Positions 24,050 to 37,497 of a stretch of DNA of 64,000 nucleotides are shown here, piece after piece; position 1 is the first letter of the stretch, and each line of letters begins with the position of its first letter. Origin of the DNA: Heteronotia binoei. Lineage: Eukaryota. Under the pieces are notes generated by a model. The model was not told where the DNA came from, did no database searches, and saw only the letters and a program-made list of their open reading frames with translations. Position numbers and translations under genes: made by a program. The stretch is taken from contig NC_083237.1 in the NCBI RefSeq assembly GCF_032191835.1, positions 5,456,001-5,520,000 of the forward strand. Direction: 5' to 3'.

Positions 24050-25496
24050 GTTGGTGGATTTCTTGGCTCTGATGTGTGACTGGCTAGTCCAGCTACTTCT
24101 GTAGCAAGCCATTAATACAAGTTTCATTCATTGACTTTTAAGCATTGTACTTTGCCTTATCACAAGGGCTTTGGACAAATGAAGGATTCAAACATATTCC
24201 TGATTGACCGTTAAGAACATGCAGTTTTCCCCCAAAAGCAACTTTATCCGTATCACTTCTGGCCCCAGTTAGCATCCCTGCATCTCAGTTCTAATCTTTT
24301 TCCTTTGGTTGTTCTTTCAAGCACCGCAAAAGTCAGGCATCTGACTGTGGTCTTAGGAGAGTGGTCAGCAGTATTCCCTCTAAACTGAGTTACTGGGAGG
24401 TAGCTCACCGTTTTTTTAGCCTCTGGCTCACACTTTTTTGTCTCAGCTCAGGTAAAAAAGGCTCCAGAGCAAATTAATTGATGCAGTTGTTCACCACTTG
24501 AATGCCAGTAGGTCACAATGTAGAATTTTTGCTCGCAAAACTCCACAGCTCAGAGGCAGTATTGGTCAGGTAAATAACTGCCTGGGATTGTCAGTTGTGG
24601 TTCAAGAAGAAGATATTGGATTTATATCCCGCCCTCCACTCCGAAGAGTCTCAGAGCGGCTCACAATCTCCTTTACCTTCCTCCCCCACAACAGACACCC
24701 TGTGAGGTGGGTGGGGCTAAGAGAGCTCTTACAGCAGCTGCCCTTTCAAGGACAACCTCTGCCAGGGCTATGGCTGACCCAAGGCCATGCCAGCAGGTGC
24801 AAGTGGAGGAGTGGGGAATCAAACCCGGTTCTCCCAGATAAGAGTCCACACACTTAACCACTACACCAAACTGGCTCTCAGTGACAGAGCCTCTGCTTTG
24901 CATACAGAAGGTCCCAAGTTCAGTCCCTGGTATTATTTTAAAAAGGATCTGGCGGAAGGTGTAAAGTGAAAGACCTTTAAATGAGATCCTGGAGTGCTGT
25001 TGCCAGTCTGAGCAGGCTTATTATTATTATTATTGAATCACCTCATCCCAGTCGAAGTTAGGCTCCAGGTGATGTGCAAAAATTAAAATACATACAATGG
25101 TCATTAAAAACAAACAGTCTCCTCCTCTGTGTCCCTGAAAGAGTTTTATACTCTGCAGACTGAAATCTGCTGGTTATCCCTGGCCCTAAAGAGGTCCAGC
25201 TGTCCTCAATGGGGGACAGGACCTTTTCAGTACTGGCCCCGACCTGGTGGAAAGCTCTGCTGGAAGAGACTAGGGCCCTGCGGGATCTTTTACAATTTCG
25301 CAGGGCCTGTAAGCCAGAGATGCTCCACCAGGCTTTTGCTTGAGGACAGCAACAGTTGCCAAACTGGCACCCCTCCCCTCCCCCCCTTCTAGGGGGCCCC
25401 CATTGCTATGTCTACAATGCAGGAACTGGTCTGAGCAGGCTTATTATTATTATTATTATTGAATCACCTCATCCCAGTCGAAGCTAGGCTCTAGGC

Positions 25497-25839
25497 CAGG
25501 GGTCCTCAAACTACAGCCCGCGGGCCAGATGTGGCCCACTGAGGACGTTTATGCGGCCCGCCGGGTTATGGCAAAATCAGACTGGAAGTGACGTTCGACC
25601 TAAACTCGCGTTAGCAACGCACGCTTCCGGCACTGGGCTGAGGCAGCGGAGACGGAGTGTGAGGTGATACCGAGGTGAGGTGAGTTCCCAGGCCGGGGTG
25701 TGTGGTGTGGGGAAGGGAGAGAGATGCAGAAGATGGAGAACTGACGGCCCGCGGCCTTGTACAGTAACGGCAGTCCGGCCCTCCAACAGTCTGAGGGACA
25801 GTGAACTGGCCCCCTATTTAAAAAGTTTGAGGACCCCTG
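25497..25839. mobile_element. hAT-Charlie MITE
   Basis: TIRs CAGGGGTCCTCAAACT / AGTTTGAGGACCCCTG; TSD CTCTAGGC / ATCTAGGC. Confidence 0.88.
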
Positions 25840-25989
25840 ATCTAGGCGATGTGCCTCCTGATGGCACCTGGGGTTTTTTGGCTGCTGTGTGATGCAGAGT
25901 ATTGGACTGGATGGGCCATTGGTCCAATACAACATGTATGTTCTTATACATGTGATCATCAAATGCATACAGTGATCATCAAAAACAAT

Positions 25990-26460
25990 TTGCTAAAAAC
26001 TAATTACAAACCCAATGACATCTGTTACAAAGTGCGACCAGTTCCTGCATTGTAGGCATTGCAATGGGGGCCCCCTAGAAGGAGGGGAGGGGCGTCAGCT
26101 CAGCAACTGTTGCTGTCCTCAAGCAAAAGCCTGGTGGAGCATCTCTGGCTTACAGGCCCTGCGAATTTGTAAAAGATCCCGCAGGGCCCTAGTCTCTTCC
26201 GGCAGTGCTTTCCACCAGGTCGGGGCGATGACTGAAAAGCTCCTGTCCCCCATTGAGAACAGCTGGACCTCTTTAGGGCCAGGGATAACCAGCAGATTTC
26301 AGCCTGCGAAGCATAAAACTCTTTCAGGGACATAGAGGAGGAGGCGGTCTCGTAGATACATCAGTCCCAGGCCACTCGAGGCCTTAAAGATCGTAACCAA
26401 AACCTCGAATCTAACTCCGTACTCGACTGGAAGCCAGTGTCACTGGCGCAGCAAAGGTAG
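25990..26460 (-). mobile_element. L2-like LINE 3' fragment; inverted partial copy at 25110-25429
   Basis: ORFs 25129..25392(+) and 26100..26333(-) translate to near-identical peptides. Confidence 0.55.
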
Positions 26461-26602
26461 AATATGTGCTTGATGGACCAATGGTCTAATTCAGCACAAG
26501 GCAGATTCATCCATATTCATGCCCAGTAGAACTGGTGGCCACCCCTGTCATTTGCAAAGCTGGCCCAGCTTTGACTGCTCTCACTCCCTCTCCTATTTTC
26601 AG

Positions 26603-26701
26603 GTGATCCCGGATTCAGATGCCCATCGAGCCGGACTGCAGGAGGGAGACCAAGTCCTAGCTGTGAACGATGTGGATTTCCAGGATATTGAACATAGTAA
26701 G
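26603..26701 (+). CDS. PDZD11: PDZD11 coding exon 4 (VIPDSDAHRAGLQEGDQVLAVNDVDFQDIEHSK)
   Basis: PDZ core; AG/GTGAG; 99 nt. Confidence 0.96.
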
Positions 26702-27305
26702 GTGAGGGTCTTCCTTCTCTGAGATTGTCCATTGCAGGGGGCAAAATTTATTTATTGTAAACCATGCCAGCATGACTCAAACTCCAGGAAATGGCCTCAA
26801 AGGCTAGCAATGCACTCTGTGCCTAAGGTCTGCCTGGGGAAGGGACCACAATTTCTGCTACTTTTGAGTTCCAAGGAGGAACATATGAAGCTGCCTTGTA
26901 CTGAATCAGACTCTCGGTCCATCAAAGTCAGTCTTGTCTACTCAGACTGGCAGTGGCTCTCCAGGGTCTCAAGCTGAGGTTTTTCACACCTACTTGCTTG
27001 GACCCCTTTTAGTTGGAGATGCTGGGGATTGAACTTGGGACCTTCTGCTTCCCAAGCAGATGCTCTACCACTGAGCCACCGTCTCTTCCCTGACCAGCAG
27101 CTGCTCTCCAGGATCTCAAGCTTAGGTTTTTCCACCCCTATTTGCCTGGACCCTTTTTAGTTGGAGATGCCGGGGATTGAACCTGGGACCTTCTGCTTCC
27201 CAAGCAGATGCTCTGCTACTGAGCCACCGTCCCTCACCAAAGAGTTTGACCACAGAGAATCTGTTTGGAACGACTCAGTTCCCTTGTTTTCCCTTCCCCT
27301 TCCAG

Positions 27306-27366
27306 GCAGTGGAGATCTTGAAAACCGCCCGGGAGATCGTCATGAGGGTCCGTTTCTTCCCTTATA
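27306..27366 (+). CDS. PDZD11: PDZD11 coding exon 5 (AVEILKTAREIVMRVRFFPY)
   Basis: PDZ C-terminal part; AG/GTGAGT; 61 nt. Confidence 0.95.
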
Positions 27367-27639
27367 GTGAGTGTGTTATTTATTTCCTGACTTCATTTTA
27401 TACCCTGCCTGTGAGGCAGAGCACCTCTGGTCTTCCCCCGAGGATTCATGGGAACCAGCAACAGGCTGGCTTCTACTCCAGCTTTGGTCGCTAAATGGAG
27501 CCTCCAAGTCCAGAGGCAGTATACCTCCGGATGCCTTCATATTTTTGTCGTGGTTGGCCACTCTGGGAACAGGAGGTTTGGTTAGAAGGGCAGGTCCCTG
27601 CGGGCTCTTCCACTTACTGCGTTTTCTCCTTCTTTCCAG

Positions 27640-27674
27640 ATTACCAGAGACAGAAGGAGAGGACAGTTCACTAG
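27640..27674 (+). CDS. PDZD11: PDZD11 last coding exon (NYQRQKERTVH*)
   Basis: Matches the PDZD11 C-terminus; TAG at 27672-27674; total 145 aa. Confidence 0.94.
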
Positions 27675-28014
27675 AAACCTCTTCTCTGCACACAAAGTTC
27701 ACCAGCCTCCAGCCAAATTGATCGATGGATTGCTCTCTCTCTCAGTTCTGTATACGACTCGCACACCTTTCACTTTTCTTCTGCTCAGAGTGGGTGATGA
27801 ATGGGGGGAGGCGCTCAAGCATCACTTTCCAAGGAGACGGCAGGCTTCCGTTTCTTCACTTTGTGCTGCAGCTACAGGGACTTGGGGGGGCAAAACTGAG
27901 ACTTCAGTCTATTCCTAGAGCTAGGAACAAGCTTTGAATTGCACTAAGAGTGCCAAGATCTAGGTGTTTTTTCTGCATCCTGCTTTTCTTCTCTATAAAA
28001 GAGGAAAAGCAGAA

Positions 28015-28020
28015 AATAAA
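28015..28020 (+). terminator. Candidate PDZD11 polyadenylation signal AATAAA
   Basis: First AATAAA I found after the stop codon, about 340 nt downstream. Confidence 0.45.
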
Positions 28021-29107
28021 CTCCAGAAGAAGCTGACGAACAGTTTTTAAGCTGGAGCTTCCTTTGTGCAGGAAGGGGGCCTTCGGGAGTCTCTGTGGGC
28101 ACGGGTCGCGGTATTGCACACTGCTGCATTGAGTCTCCATGGAATGGACGCTTTTTCATTCACTTTACTGACAACTGCAGAAAAAATTCCAGATGGATTG
28201 ATGCCCCTTCCACCTCTTCTGTCTGTACTTTCAGGCCCTCAAATATTGCTGGGATGCTAGAATTAATAGTTCCCATAGAACCCTAGAGGAGGGTTATTTG
28301 TTTGTTTTGCAAAAGAAGTTTCTAGTCCTCATTGTCAAGGATGCCCTCTTCTGCTAAAGGACTGGGTGGGTACAGCATCTTCTGCGGGGAATTTGTTCTT
28401 AAACACGGCTCTGCCATGTTTTAGTTTCCTACCAGTGTTATATTTGTCCCTGTTTCAACAGTCCTTGTTTGAGATAAATATTCAGATTTCGTACACACAA
28501 AGGTCTAACGAGTATTTTTTTTTTAATGACCCCTTTTCCAGAAACCGCGTTTGCCCCTTGACAGTGTTGCATGCAAGCAGAGCTGTGGCTATATTGGCAG
28601 CTCTAACCAGTCTTGGAGGGTAGCTGGATTGCTCTGCGATGGGAGAGCAAGATACAAATCCAGTAGCATCGCAGTGACCAGCTAGATCTTCAGGGTATGA
28701 GCTTTTGACAATCCGAGCTCCCTTTGTCAGATAGGGCTGCATGATGAAGGGAGATTGAACTCTTGAAAGCTTATAACCGAAAAATCTGCCGGGTGTCTTG
28801 TCGGAGTCCTGGGCCACTCCTGGGCCAAAACTCTTTGGGGGTAACTTGGACTGCAGAACACAAAGTTACAAAAACCTGGGGTGTGACTCCTAACACACCA
28901 GCTGGGTAGCCCTTTTGACTATTCCCACAGTTTTAAAAATCAACCCCAGACTTTCCGCGACTAAACAAGAAAGTCCTCCCTGCAAGGTAGACTTGCCGAA
29001 GGAGATTCTCACAAAAGCGATATATTTTGATAGGTTGTCAGCCAGTCTCGGCTCTGGACTTAGACTGAGGTGAGCTGAAGGCAAATAACCACAAAGTAAA
29101 TGTGTAA

Positions 29108-29407
29108 AAAGGTAAAGGTAGTCCCCTGTGCAAGCACCAGTCGTTTCTGACTCTGGGTGACATTGCTTTCACAACATTTTCATGGCAGACTTTTTTAGGG
29201 GGTGGTTTGCCATTGCCTTCCCCAGTCATCTATGCTTTCCCCCCAGCAAGCTGGATACACATTTGACCCACCTCAGAAGGACGGAAGGCTGAGTCAACCT
29301 CAAGCCGGCTAACTGAACCCAGCTTCCGCCGAGATTTAACTCCGGTCGTGAGCAGAGCTTAGGACTGCAGTGCTGCAGCTTTATCACTCTGCATCACGGG
29401 GCTCTTA
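29108..29407 (-). mobile_element. Sauria SINE
   Basis: Diagnostic GTCCCCTGTGCAAGCACCAGTCG...GGGGCTCTT; further copies at 29742-30033, 35516-35700(+), 43826-43990, 44923-45165, 47743-48027, 59146-59449. Confidence 0.85.
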
Positions 29408-31318
29408 TATTATTAAAGTGCAAGGATATTTCCAAAAAGACTGAAACTATGAGGAAGAAAAGAAGAAATCTAGACATTCAAATACTAACTAAAACAGTAA
29501 TACCAAATGTTACCATTCAAAGCTAAAGTTCCAGCAATCTAAAGGCTCTCGTGAAACTCAACATAGCCAGGAGCTGGCTCTTGAAAGCAGCGTTCAAGGT
29601 GGCCCCGCAAAGACAGAGACTGTCTTTCTGAATCTCAGACAGTCACCACCAAGTTATAGACTAGAAACCTACTTAAGGGTAAGGGCCACTGGCCGTCTCA
29701 GGCCTTTAGACTACAAGGGCCCCTGAGTGTTGATGTATAAGTAGATAGTCCCCTGTGCAAACACCAGTCATTTTCGGCTCTGGGGTGACGTTGCTTTCAC
29801 AGCATTTTCACAGCAGGCTTTTTACGGGGTAGTTTGCCATTGCCTTCCTCAGTCATCTACGCTTTCCCCCCAGCAAGCTGGGTCCTCATTTGACCGACCT
29901 CGGAAGGATGGAAGGCTGAGTCAACCTCGAGCCGGCTACCTGAACCAGCTTCCGCTGGGATCGAACTCAGGTCGCGAGCAGAGGGCTCCGACCACAGTAC
30001 TGCAGCTTTACCACTCTGCACCACGGGGCTCTTTATTGATGTATAGCCAATTCCTAAAGCCAATAAGGAACCAGATGCCCTAAACAGTGATATGACCCAG
30101 GGGAGAAGAATTAGAAGTTATTTGCAGCTAGATTCGGCTTCTTTCCCACCAGCGTTTCACTGAATGGAATGCAGCTAATTGGGAGCTGGCACTGAGTTCC
30201 AGAACTCCCCTCCGCAGCTGGTGTTATCTGCATTTCCACAAGGTCAGCATGCTCTGGCATTAGCGAGGCCGTTTTATCCACTGGATTAACCCGCTAGCAG
30301 AACGGACTCAAAGCCTGAACCAGACTTTGAAATGGACGAGAAATTGTAGGAAGCCAGTTTTCTTCGCAATCTCTTAAATTGCTTGCTGGACTTGAATACG
30401 GCAATCCTAATCAGCAGTTCTAGCCTGGAAATTGTGTCTTGGGGGTGCTCAGGATTCTGCCGTTTCCATGACTGGGACACACAACCATCGCAATGCAGTC
30501 AGTTGCATCCTCGTGCCAACGCTTGACCTAAAGCACCGCTATTTTTCATGCATAGTTTATAGGGTTGCCAATCCCCAGGTGGGGGCAGGGGATCCCCCGG
30601 ATTGGAGGCCCTCCAGGGTCATCAGAAAGCGGGCGGGGGGGGGAGATGTCTGCTGGGCACACCCTATTGTTCCCATTGGAAATAATGGAGAATTGATTTG
30701 CTGGTATCTGGGGCTCGGGGGGGCTGTTTTTTGAGGGAGAGGCACCAAATTTTCAGTACAGCATCCAGTGCCTCTCCCCAAATTGCCCCCCAAATTTCAA
30801 AAAGATTGGACCAGGGGGTCCAATTCTATGAGCCCCCAAAGACAGTGCCCCTATCCTTCATTATTTCCTATAGAAGGAAGGCATTTAAAAGGTGTGCGGT
30901 CCCTTTAAATGGGATGGCCAAAACTCCCTTTGGAGTTCAATTCTGCTTGTCACACCCTTGCTCCTGGCTCCACCCCCAAAGTCCCCAGATATTTCTTGAA
31001 TTGGACTTGGCAACTCTAATAGTTTACCAAGATTTCCTCCCCTTTTCCACTTCTTGCTTTGGTTAAATCGTTTGCATTTCAGTCTTGCCAGAGGTGTGGC
31101 AGGGAAACGTGTTCCTCCCCTCCCCGGAAGACGATCCAGAGGAACCTGCTGTTCCAACTTAATCACTGGGTGTTGATCATCCGAGGAAGGCTAGAAGGGA
31201 AGGATGTCCCTGCTTGCAGAAAGGCAGACTTCAACTGGGTTTCTGCTACTATCCCGCTGTAGACAGCCTACACTTGTGGTCTTAAGGAGCTTTTTGGCTG
31301 TTAGTTTTGGACCCTACA

Positions 31319-32050
31319 TAAGAACATAAGAGAAGCCATGTTGAATCAGGCCAATGGCCCATCCAGTCCAACACTCTGTGTCACACACACACACACATAC
31401 ACACACACACATATATATATATATATACTGTGGCTAATAGCCACTGATGGACCTCTGCTCCATATTTTTATCCAATCCCCTCTTGAAGCTGGGTTTGCTT
31501 GTAGCCGCCACCACCTCCTGCGGCAGTGAATTCCACATGTTAATCACCCTTTGGGTGAAGACATACTTCTTTTTATCTGTGTTAACCTGACTGCTCAGCA
31601 ATTTCATTGAATGCCCACGAGTTCTTGTATTATGAGAAAGGGAGAAAAGTACTTCTTTCTCTACTTTCTCCATCCCATGCATAATCTTGTAAACCTCTAT
31701 CATGTCACCCCGCAGTCGACGTTTCTCCAAGCTAAAGAGCCCCAAGCGTTGTAACCTTTCTTCATAGGGAAAGTGTTCCAAATCTTTAATCATTCTAGTT
31801 GCCCTTTAATCATTCTAGTTGCCCTTTTCTGCACTTTTTCCAATGCTATAATATGCTTTTTGAGGTGCAGTTACCAGAACTGCACACAGTATTCCAAATG
31901 AGACCGCACCATCGATTTATACAGGGGCATCATGATACTGGCTGATTTGTTTTCAATTCCCTTCCTAATAATTCTCAGCATGGTGTTGGCTTTTTTATTG
32001 CAATCACACACTCTCTCGACATTTTCAGTGAGTTATCTACCACGACCCGA
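31319..32050 (-). mobile_element. CR1 LINE RT 3' end
   Basis: ORF 31434..31793 is the CR1 RT C-terminus. Confidence 0.9.
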
Positions 32051-34646
32051 AGACCCTGCCTTGTTCTCTACAGAGATTGCTTGGCATCAATAATCTTTTA
32101 ACCACTTACGGTAGATTTTGTGCTGCGAGAAACCCGCTTTTGGAAAAGCAAGCCTCAGATACAACAGGAACTCACAGCAACACAGCTCCTGAGCCTTTCT
32201 GAGGGTTCCTCCCCCTCCTCCTCCCCGCCTACCTTGTCCATGGAATAGGAGGTGCAGCTGCATAACAATCCCTGGATTAGGAGAGCCGGCAGCCAGCCTG
32301 CCACCAGGGGCTTTGCTGCACCCCCAGCAGCCCTCATTAACCCCTGGAGAAGCCCACACCACCCTTTCTTCACTTACGTGATTTTGGGTGGCTTGCTGGT
32401 CTTTTGACTGGGGGGGGGGTGGCCAAAGAGAGCCCCAGGTGAGCGAGGCCTGCTTGAGCTAGCTGGATCTCTAGCCAGCCCAAGCAGGCCTCATTCTCCC
32501 AGGGGTCTCCTTTCTTGCATTGGGTTGCTTTTGGGGGGGGGGGGCTGCATAACCTAATGAGTTACGCTAATAAGCTCCTCTTACCAATTTTTCTACAAAA
32601 CGACCCCTGAGTATACCAGATACTTAGCAAAAAAGCCATCTGTTGCTTGTGACAGAAGCTGGGAGCTCTTCTAGTCAAGCACATATCTCTGCCTCCATGG
32701 AGCCAGTCAGAGAGGACCTCTATGCCTCTCCATGGGCAAAGACCGGCCCCCTGGCAGAAGAGATTCTCCCTGTCTGTTTATCCAGGAGTGTCAAGGAAAC
32801 GGAGGGGCATTTTCCTCCTCTCCTGTTGAGTGGCAGCAGAGCATTCCTTGTGGCGTCATGAATCACACCCTGATGAGCTACTGGAGGAGGAAGCCAGGAG
32901 GGATCTGTGTGTCCAAGAGAGGCTGGCCAGAACTCTTCCAAATTCGTCTCCTGCATTGTGTGACTTTCCCAGCCTCCTTCATACATCCTAGGCAGACGGC
33001 TGTCCCCTGGAGAAGCCCAAATACACCAGCTGTTCTCCAACAGTACTAAGTTTGACTCCAGTGGCACCTTTAAAACCAACACAATTTAATTCCGGGTATA
33101 AGCTTTTGTGTGCACGCATACCGCAACAGATACTTAAATATGTAGGCACGTGAAAGTTTATATCCAGAATTAAACTTTGTTGGTCTTAAACAGGGGTGGC
33201 CAAACTGCAGCTCCGGAGCCACACGTGGCTCTTTCGCACATACTGTGTGGCTCTCGATGTCCCCAGCAGGCAGCCTCTTTGAATCACTTTTCTAAGCCAA
33301 GCCAGCTGGCAGCTTAGAGAATGCATTTAATGTTAAAGCTGCTTTCTTTCCACCACTCCCTCCCCTATCTCTTTCCCTTCCTACCTTCCTTCCTGCCTGC
33401 CTGCTCTCAAACACTTGATGTTCATGTCTTGTGGCTCTCAAACATCTGATGTTTATTCTGTGAGGCTCTTACATTAAGCAAGTTTGGCCATCCCTGGTCT
33501 TAAAGATACCCTTGGACTCAAAATTTGTTCTGTTCCTTCAGACCAACACGGGGGCCTGCCAGAAACTATTCTCCCAAAGTTACTTCAAGGTCCCAAAGAC
33601 ACTGATTGTTCCCTTCCTCCTCCTCTCTGTTTCCAAACGCCTGATGCCAGCTAAAGTCAGAAGGAAGGAACTATCGGCAGAGTTTAGGAAAAATCCGATA
33701 TATGCTTTGGAGTTTATTTTCTATGAATCTGATTATGCAAAAAAGTCAATAACTGAGTGAAGGCCATTAAGGCGACCGAAAGGCCTTCAGAACACAGGCA
33801 CTACGAACAAACCGCAGAGGGAGAGGCTACAAGGGGTGAACTGCAAGAGAAAAACAAAGTTAAGAGTTTAGCGCCCACCCAGATGGATCTATCTGCAAGA
33901 GATGCAAGAAACAAGAGAGATCTACAAGAAATGCCCTCATTTTGGCCCAGGCTTATAACAATAGAGCGATTAGCAGGCATTCTCACATTTGGACATGTTA
34001 CCGTTTTATTGGTTTCTCACGCGCATGTTACCCAGATCAAAGGTTTGCTCAATTTGTTAATTTTACTATTCTGTCATTGGATTTTAAATTTGTACCATTT
34101 TGCGCGCTAAACCACTGCCTACCAGCTCTATGCAGCTCTGCTCACTGTACCCGATTCCTCTTCCGAAGAAGCGTGCATGCATGCATGAAAGCTTACATTG
34201 TGAATAAAACTTTGTTGGTCTTAAAGTTGCCACTTGGCTCGTGCTTTGTTCTACTGCTTCAGACCAACAGAGCTGGCCACTTGGCTGAATAAAACTTTGC
34301 TGGTCTTAAAGTTGCCACTTGGCTCGTGCTTTTTTGTTCTGCTTCAGTCCAACACGGTTGCCCACCTCAATCTATCTACAAGAGAAAAACATTCCGTTAA
34401 ACCCAAAAGACCAGCGAATGCTCCACTGCTCCCCCTAGGGCACAAGCGGAGTAAACTTCTCCTTCAGAAGTATTTACAGCAACATGTCAGCAGTCTTGAT
34501 AGTACCCAGGCAATATTTACAGGAATAACTGGACTCTCAGTAGGGTGTTGCTTCTCTATCAGAGAGGATCTGCCTGTCACCAGAGAGGCTGGCCTGTTTC
34601 ATAACTCCGGAACAAAGATATATGACAAGTAGTTATTTTCGTGGTT

Positions 34647-34718
34647 GGTTCCATGGTGTAATGGTTAGCACTCTGGACTTTGAATCCAGCGATCCGAGTT
34701 CAAATCTCGGTGGAACCT
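34647..34718 (+). tRNA. tRNA-Gln (TTG)
   Basis: GGTTCCATGGTGTAATGG...GGTGGAACCT; canonical cloverleaf and A/B boxes; TTTT just downstream. Confidence 0.97.
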
Positions 34719-35919
34719 CACTTTTGGGGGGACGCGGCTGAAGCTTGCAGGGTCCCTTCCAGAGACCTCTCAGCTTTCAGAGAAGTTTCCATTCGGAAGC
34801 CACGGGGGAAAAGAGTGAGGAATGGAGCTTTCGTCGATCGGAATGGCATCTTTTTTAAAAAAAAAAAATGAGAGAAGCTTGTTTTGATCAGACTTGTCTT
34901 ATTGACTCTTATGCTTTTAGCGTTTAGTTTTGAAATGAACAAAGCAGGAGTCAAGGGTCACCTTTAAGACCAACCCATTTCTATTGAGAACTTGAGCTTT
35001 CGTGTGCTCTTAAGCACACTTCCTCAGACGAGGCATCCAGCACAGGGAGCAAAGCCAGACAGAGCTGAGCCAAGCCATCCATAGCTGGTAGGCAGTGGCC
35101 CAGAATGCAACATGGTACGGATTTATGAACCAATGACAGTGAAGTCAAATGATCTGGGAGGCAGTGGTTTAGAGTGGAAAATGGTACAATGACAGAATAG
35201 TACAATTAACAACCCTGAGCAAACCTTTGATCTGAGTAGCAGGAGCATGCGAAAGCAACAAAACAGCAGTAGGCAGTAAAATTTGTAATTGGTTTAATTT
35301 GTGTTGTTATCCGCCCTGAGCCCACTCGTGGGAAAGGACGGGATGCAAATTAAATAAATAAATACAGTTTTTGCAGGCCTTTTTGGGTTGTTGCTGTTAT
35401 GATGCCATGTTTTAAATTCTTAAAGCGGACAATGGATCATGGACTGTTGATTCCCGAAAGCAGATACTTTCCAGGGAACAAACCCATCGGGTTAACTAGG
35501 TCCTTTCTCCCAACAGCCTTCCATCCTTCCGAGGTTGGTAAAATGAGTACCCAGCTTGCTGGGGGGAAAGCGTAGATGACTGGGGAAGGCCATGGCAAAC
35601 CACCCCGTCAAAAGTCTGCCGTGAAAACGTTGTGAAAGCAGCGTCACCCCAGCGTCGGAAACGACTGGTGCTCGCACAGGGGACCTTTCCTTTTCCTTTT
35701 CTCCCAAGCAGCGGCAGACAAGAGCAAGAGTCCAGTGGCACCTTAAAGACTGCAACGTTTGCGGCAGGGGAGGAGGATTGGGGAGTTTTGAGCAGTGACT
35801 CACGAAAGCGGACTGGAACCGAAGTAGAACTCAGAAGAAGCAGCCGAGAAGTTAAATTATGGAGGAAAAGTTGCAGGGCTTTTTAAATACAGTAGAGTAA
35901 AGCATTTACACATCCAGTT

Positions 35920-35990
35920 GCATTGGTGGTTCAGTGGTAGAATTCTCGCCTGCCACGCGGGAGGCCCGGGTTCGATTCCCGGCCAATGCA
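35920..35990 (+). tRNA. tRNA-Gly (GCC)
   Basis: GCATTGGTGGTTCAGTGG...GGCCAATGCA, canonical vertebrate sequence; oligo-T terminator downstream. Confidence 0.97.
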
Positions 35991-36160
35991 GTTGATTCTC
36001 TTTTTTGGGGGGGGGGATTTAACTTTTTCACGCGGGTACATTTCCGGCTGCAATACAAGCAGTTCTTTTACAAGAACCAATGGAAAGACCCACGAGGGAT
36101 AAAAATTGCCACCCTGAAAGCTACATTAGCTAAGAAATATCAAAGCTGAAGCAGCACCTT

Positions 36161-36233
36161 GCCGAAATAGCTCAGTTGGGAGAGCGTTAGACTGAAGATC
36201 TAAAGGTCCCTGGTTCGATCCCGGGTTTCGGCA
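36161..36233 (+). tRNA. tRNA-Phe (GAA)
   Basis: GCCGAAATAGCTCAGTTGGG...GGTTTCGGCA, canonical. Confidence 0.97.
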
Positions 36234-36782
36234 GAGGGTTAACTTTTAAGGCAACAACAAAAAAAAGTCTGATTAAATTGGGCAACTGGTGCTTTTACTC
36301 CTCAGCCCTATTTTTCTCACCTAACAAAAAAAATGGAATTACTTTTGTCTCGGCCGAGTATGTTTGCTACAGCATTCACGTGTTTATGAAAACCTGAATG
36401 TGGGAATGGAGGTGTGGAGCGGGGCGCTGTTGGAATAGGAAGGTGTAGACCAAACCGTTCTGTCTCAGGTCATGAAGTTTAATTCAGCCTTTCAGAAGAC
36501 AAAATGAAGCACCTGAAATTGAAAAAGACAGGAATGTTTGCAAAGCGGTGCAGCTGGGTTGCCTTGCTGTTCGCAGACTTAGGAGGCCAGATCGACTTTC
36601 AGCCCTTTAAAGGCAACGACTTGCATATTGGCTGGGCTCTAGGAGTTTCCCTCCACTCTCTTAGCCTGTTTCCCATTTTCTCTCGCTTTGCAATGTAAAA
36701 ATATATAGACAGATAAAAGTCCTTGCAAGGGTGGATAATGCTAGGCCAGCACAAAACATGGAGCAAATTTTTTTCATCTTGC

Positions 36783-36864
36783 GACGAGGTGGCCGAGTGG
36801 TTAAGGCGATGGACTGCTAATCCATTGTGCTCTGCACGCGTGGGTTCGAATCCCATCCTCGTCG
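36783..36864 (+). tRNA. tRNA-Ser (GCT)
   Basis: GACGAGGTGGCCGAGTGG...CCTCGTCG with long variable arm; oligo-T downstream. Confidence 0.97.
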
Positions 36865-37339
36865 AGCTGTCTTTTTTTTTTCCCCCTTCTTGCAAAGATG
36901 AAAGGTAAAATTAGGGTTGTTGGGTTTCTTTAAGCCACAGAATGTGTTTTAAGCAAATGACGTTTGAATCCATTGGCACTTTTAAGACCAACAAAGTTTT
37001 GTTCGGGGTATAAACCTTCGTGCGCACAGGCACTTTTTCAGTGCTTGCGCACAAACTCAGAATAAAACTTCGTTGGTCTTAAAAGCTGCCACTGCGCTCA
37101 AACGCTGTTCTGCTGCTTCAAAGCAACACAACTACCCACTTATATCTGCAAACATATAAGCAAAGAAAATTCGTGAAATTAATGTCCACCGCGCGTTTTG
37201 TTGTGTCCCTATTCCCAAAATTTGACTGTAAGCACTTTGGGGCAGAGATCTGTCTTGCTCTGTGTAGAGCAGGGGTGTCCAAACTTTCTTAACACAAGAG
37301 CCACATAGAATAAATGTCAGATGTTTGAGAGGCGCAAGA

Positions 37340-37497
37340 NNNNNNNNNNNNNNNNNNNNNNNNNNNNNNNNNNNNNNNNNNNNNNNNNNNNNNNNNNNNN
37401 NNNNNNNNNNNNNNNNNNNNNNNNNNNNNNNNNNNNNNNNNNNNNNNNNNNNNNNNNNNNNNNNNNNNNNNNNNNNNNNNNNNNNNNNNNNNNNNNN
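37340..37497. other. Assembly gap (158 N)
   Basis: Run of n inside a hAT-like repeat. Confidence 0.99.

Noticed and set aside
30286-30480. Unexplained non-repeat ORFs (also 28482-28817 and 32720-33082) as possible ARR3/RAB41 exons
   Set aside because: No arrestin or Rab motifs and no convincing splice pairs recognised.
33748-33788. TGAAGGCC...GGCCTTCA hairpin containing GAAA, hammerhead-like at first glance
   Set aside because: No CUGANGA core in the right position; an isolated short stem is compatible with chance.
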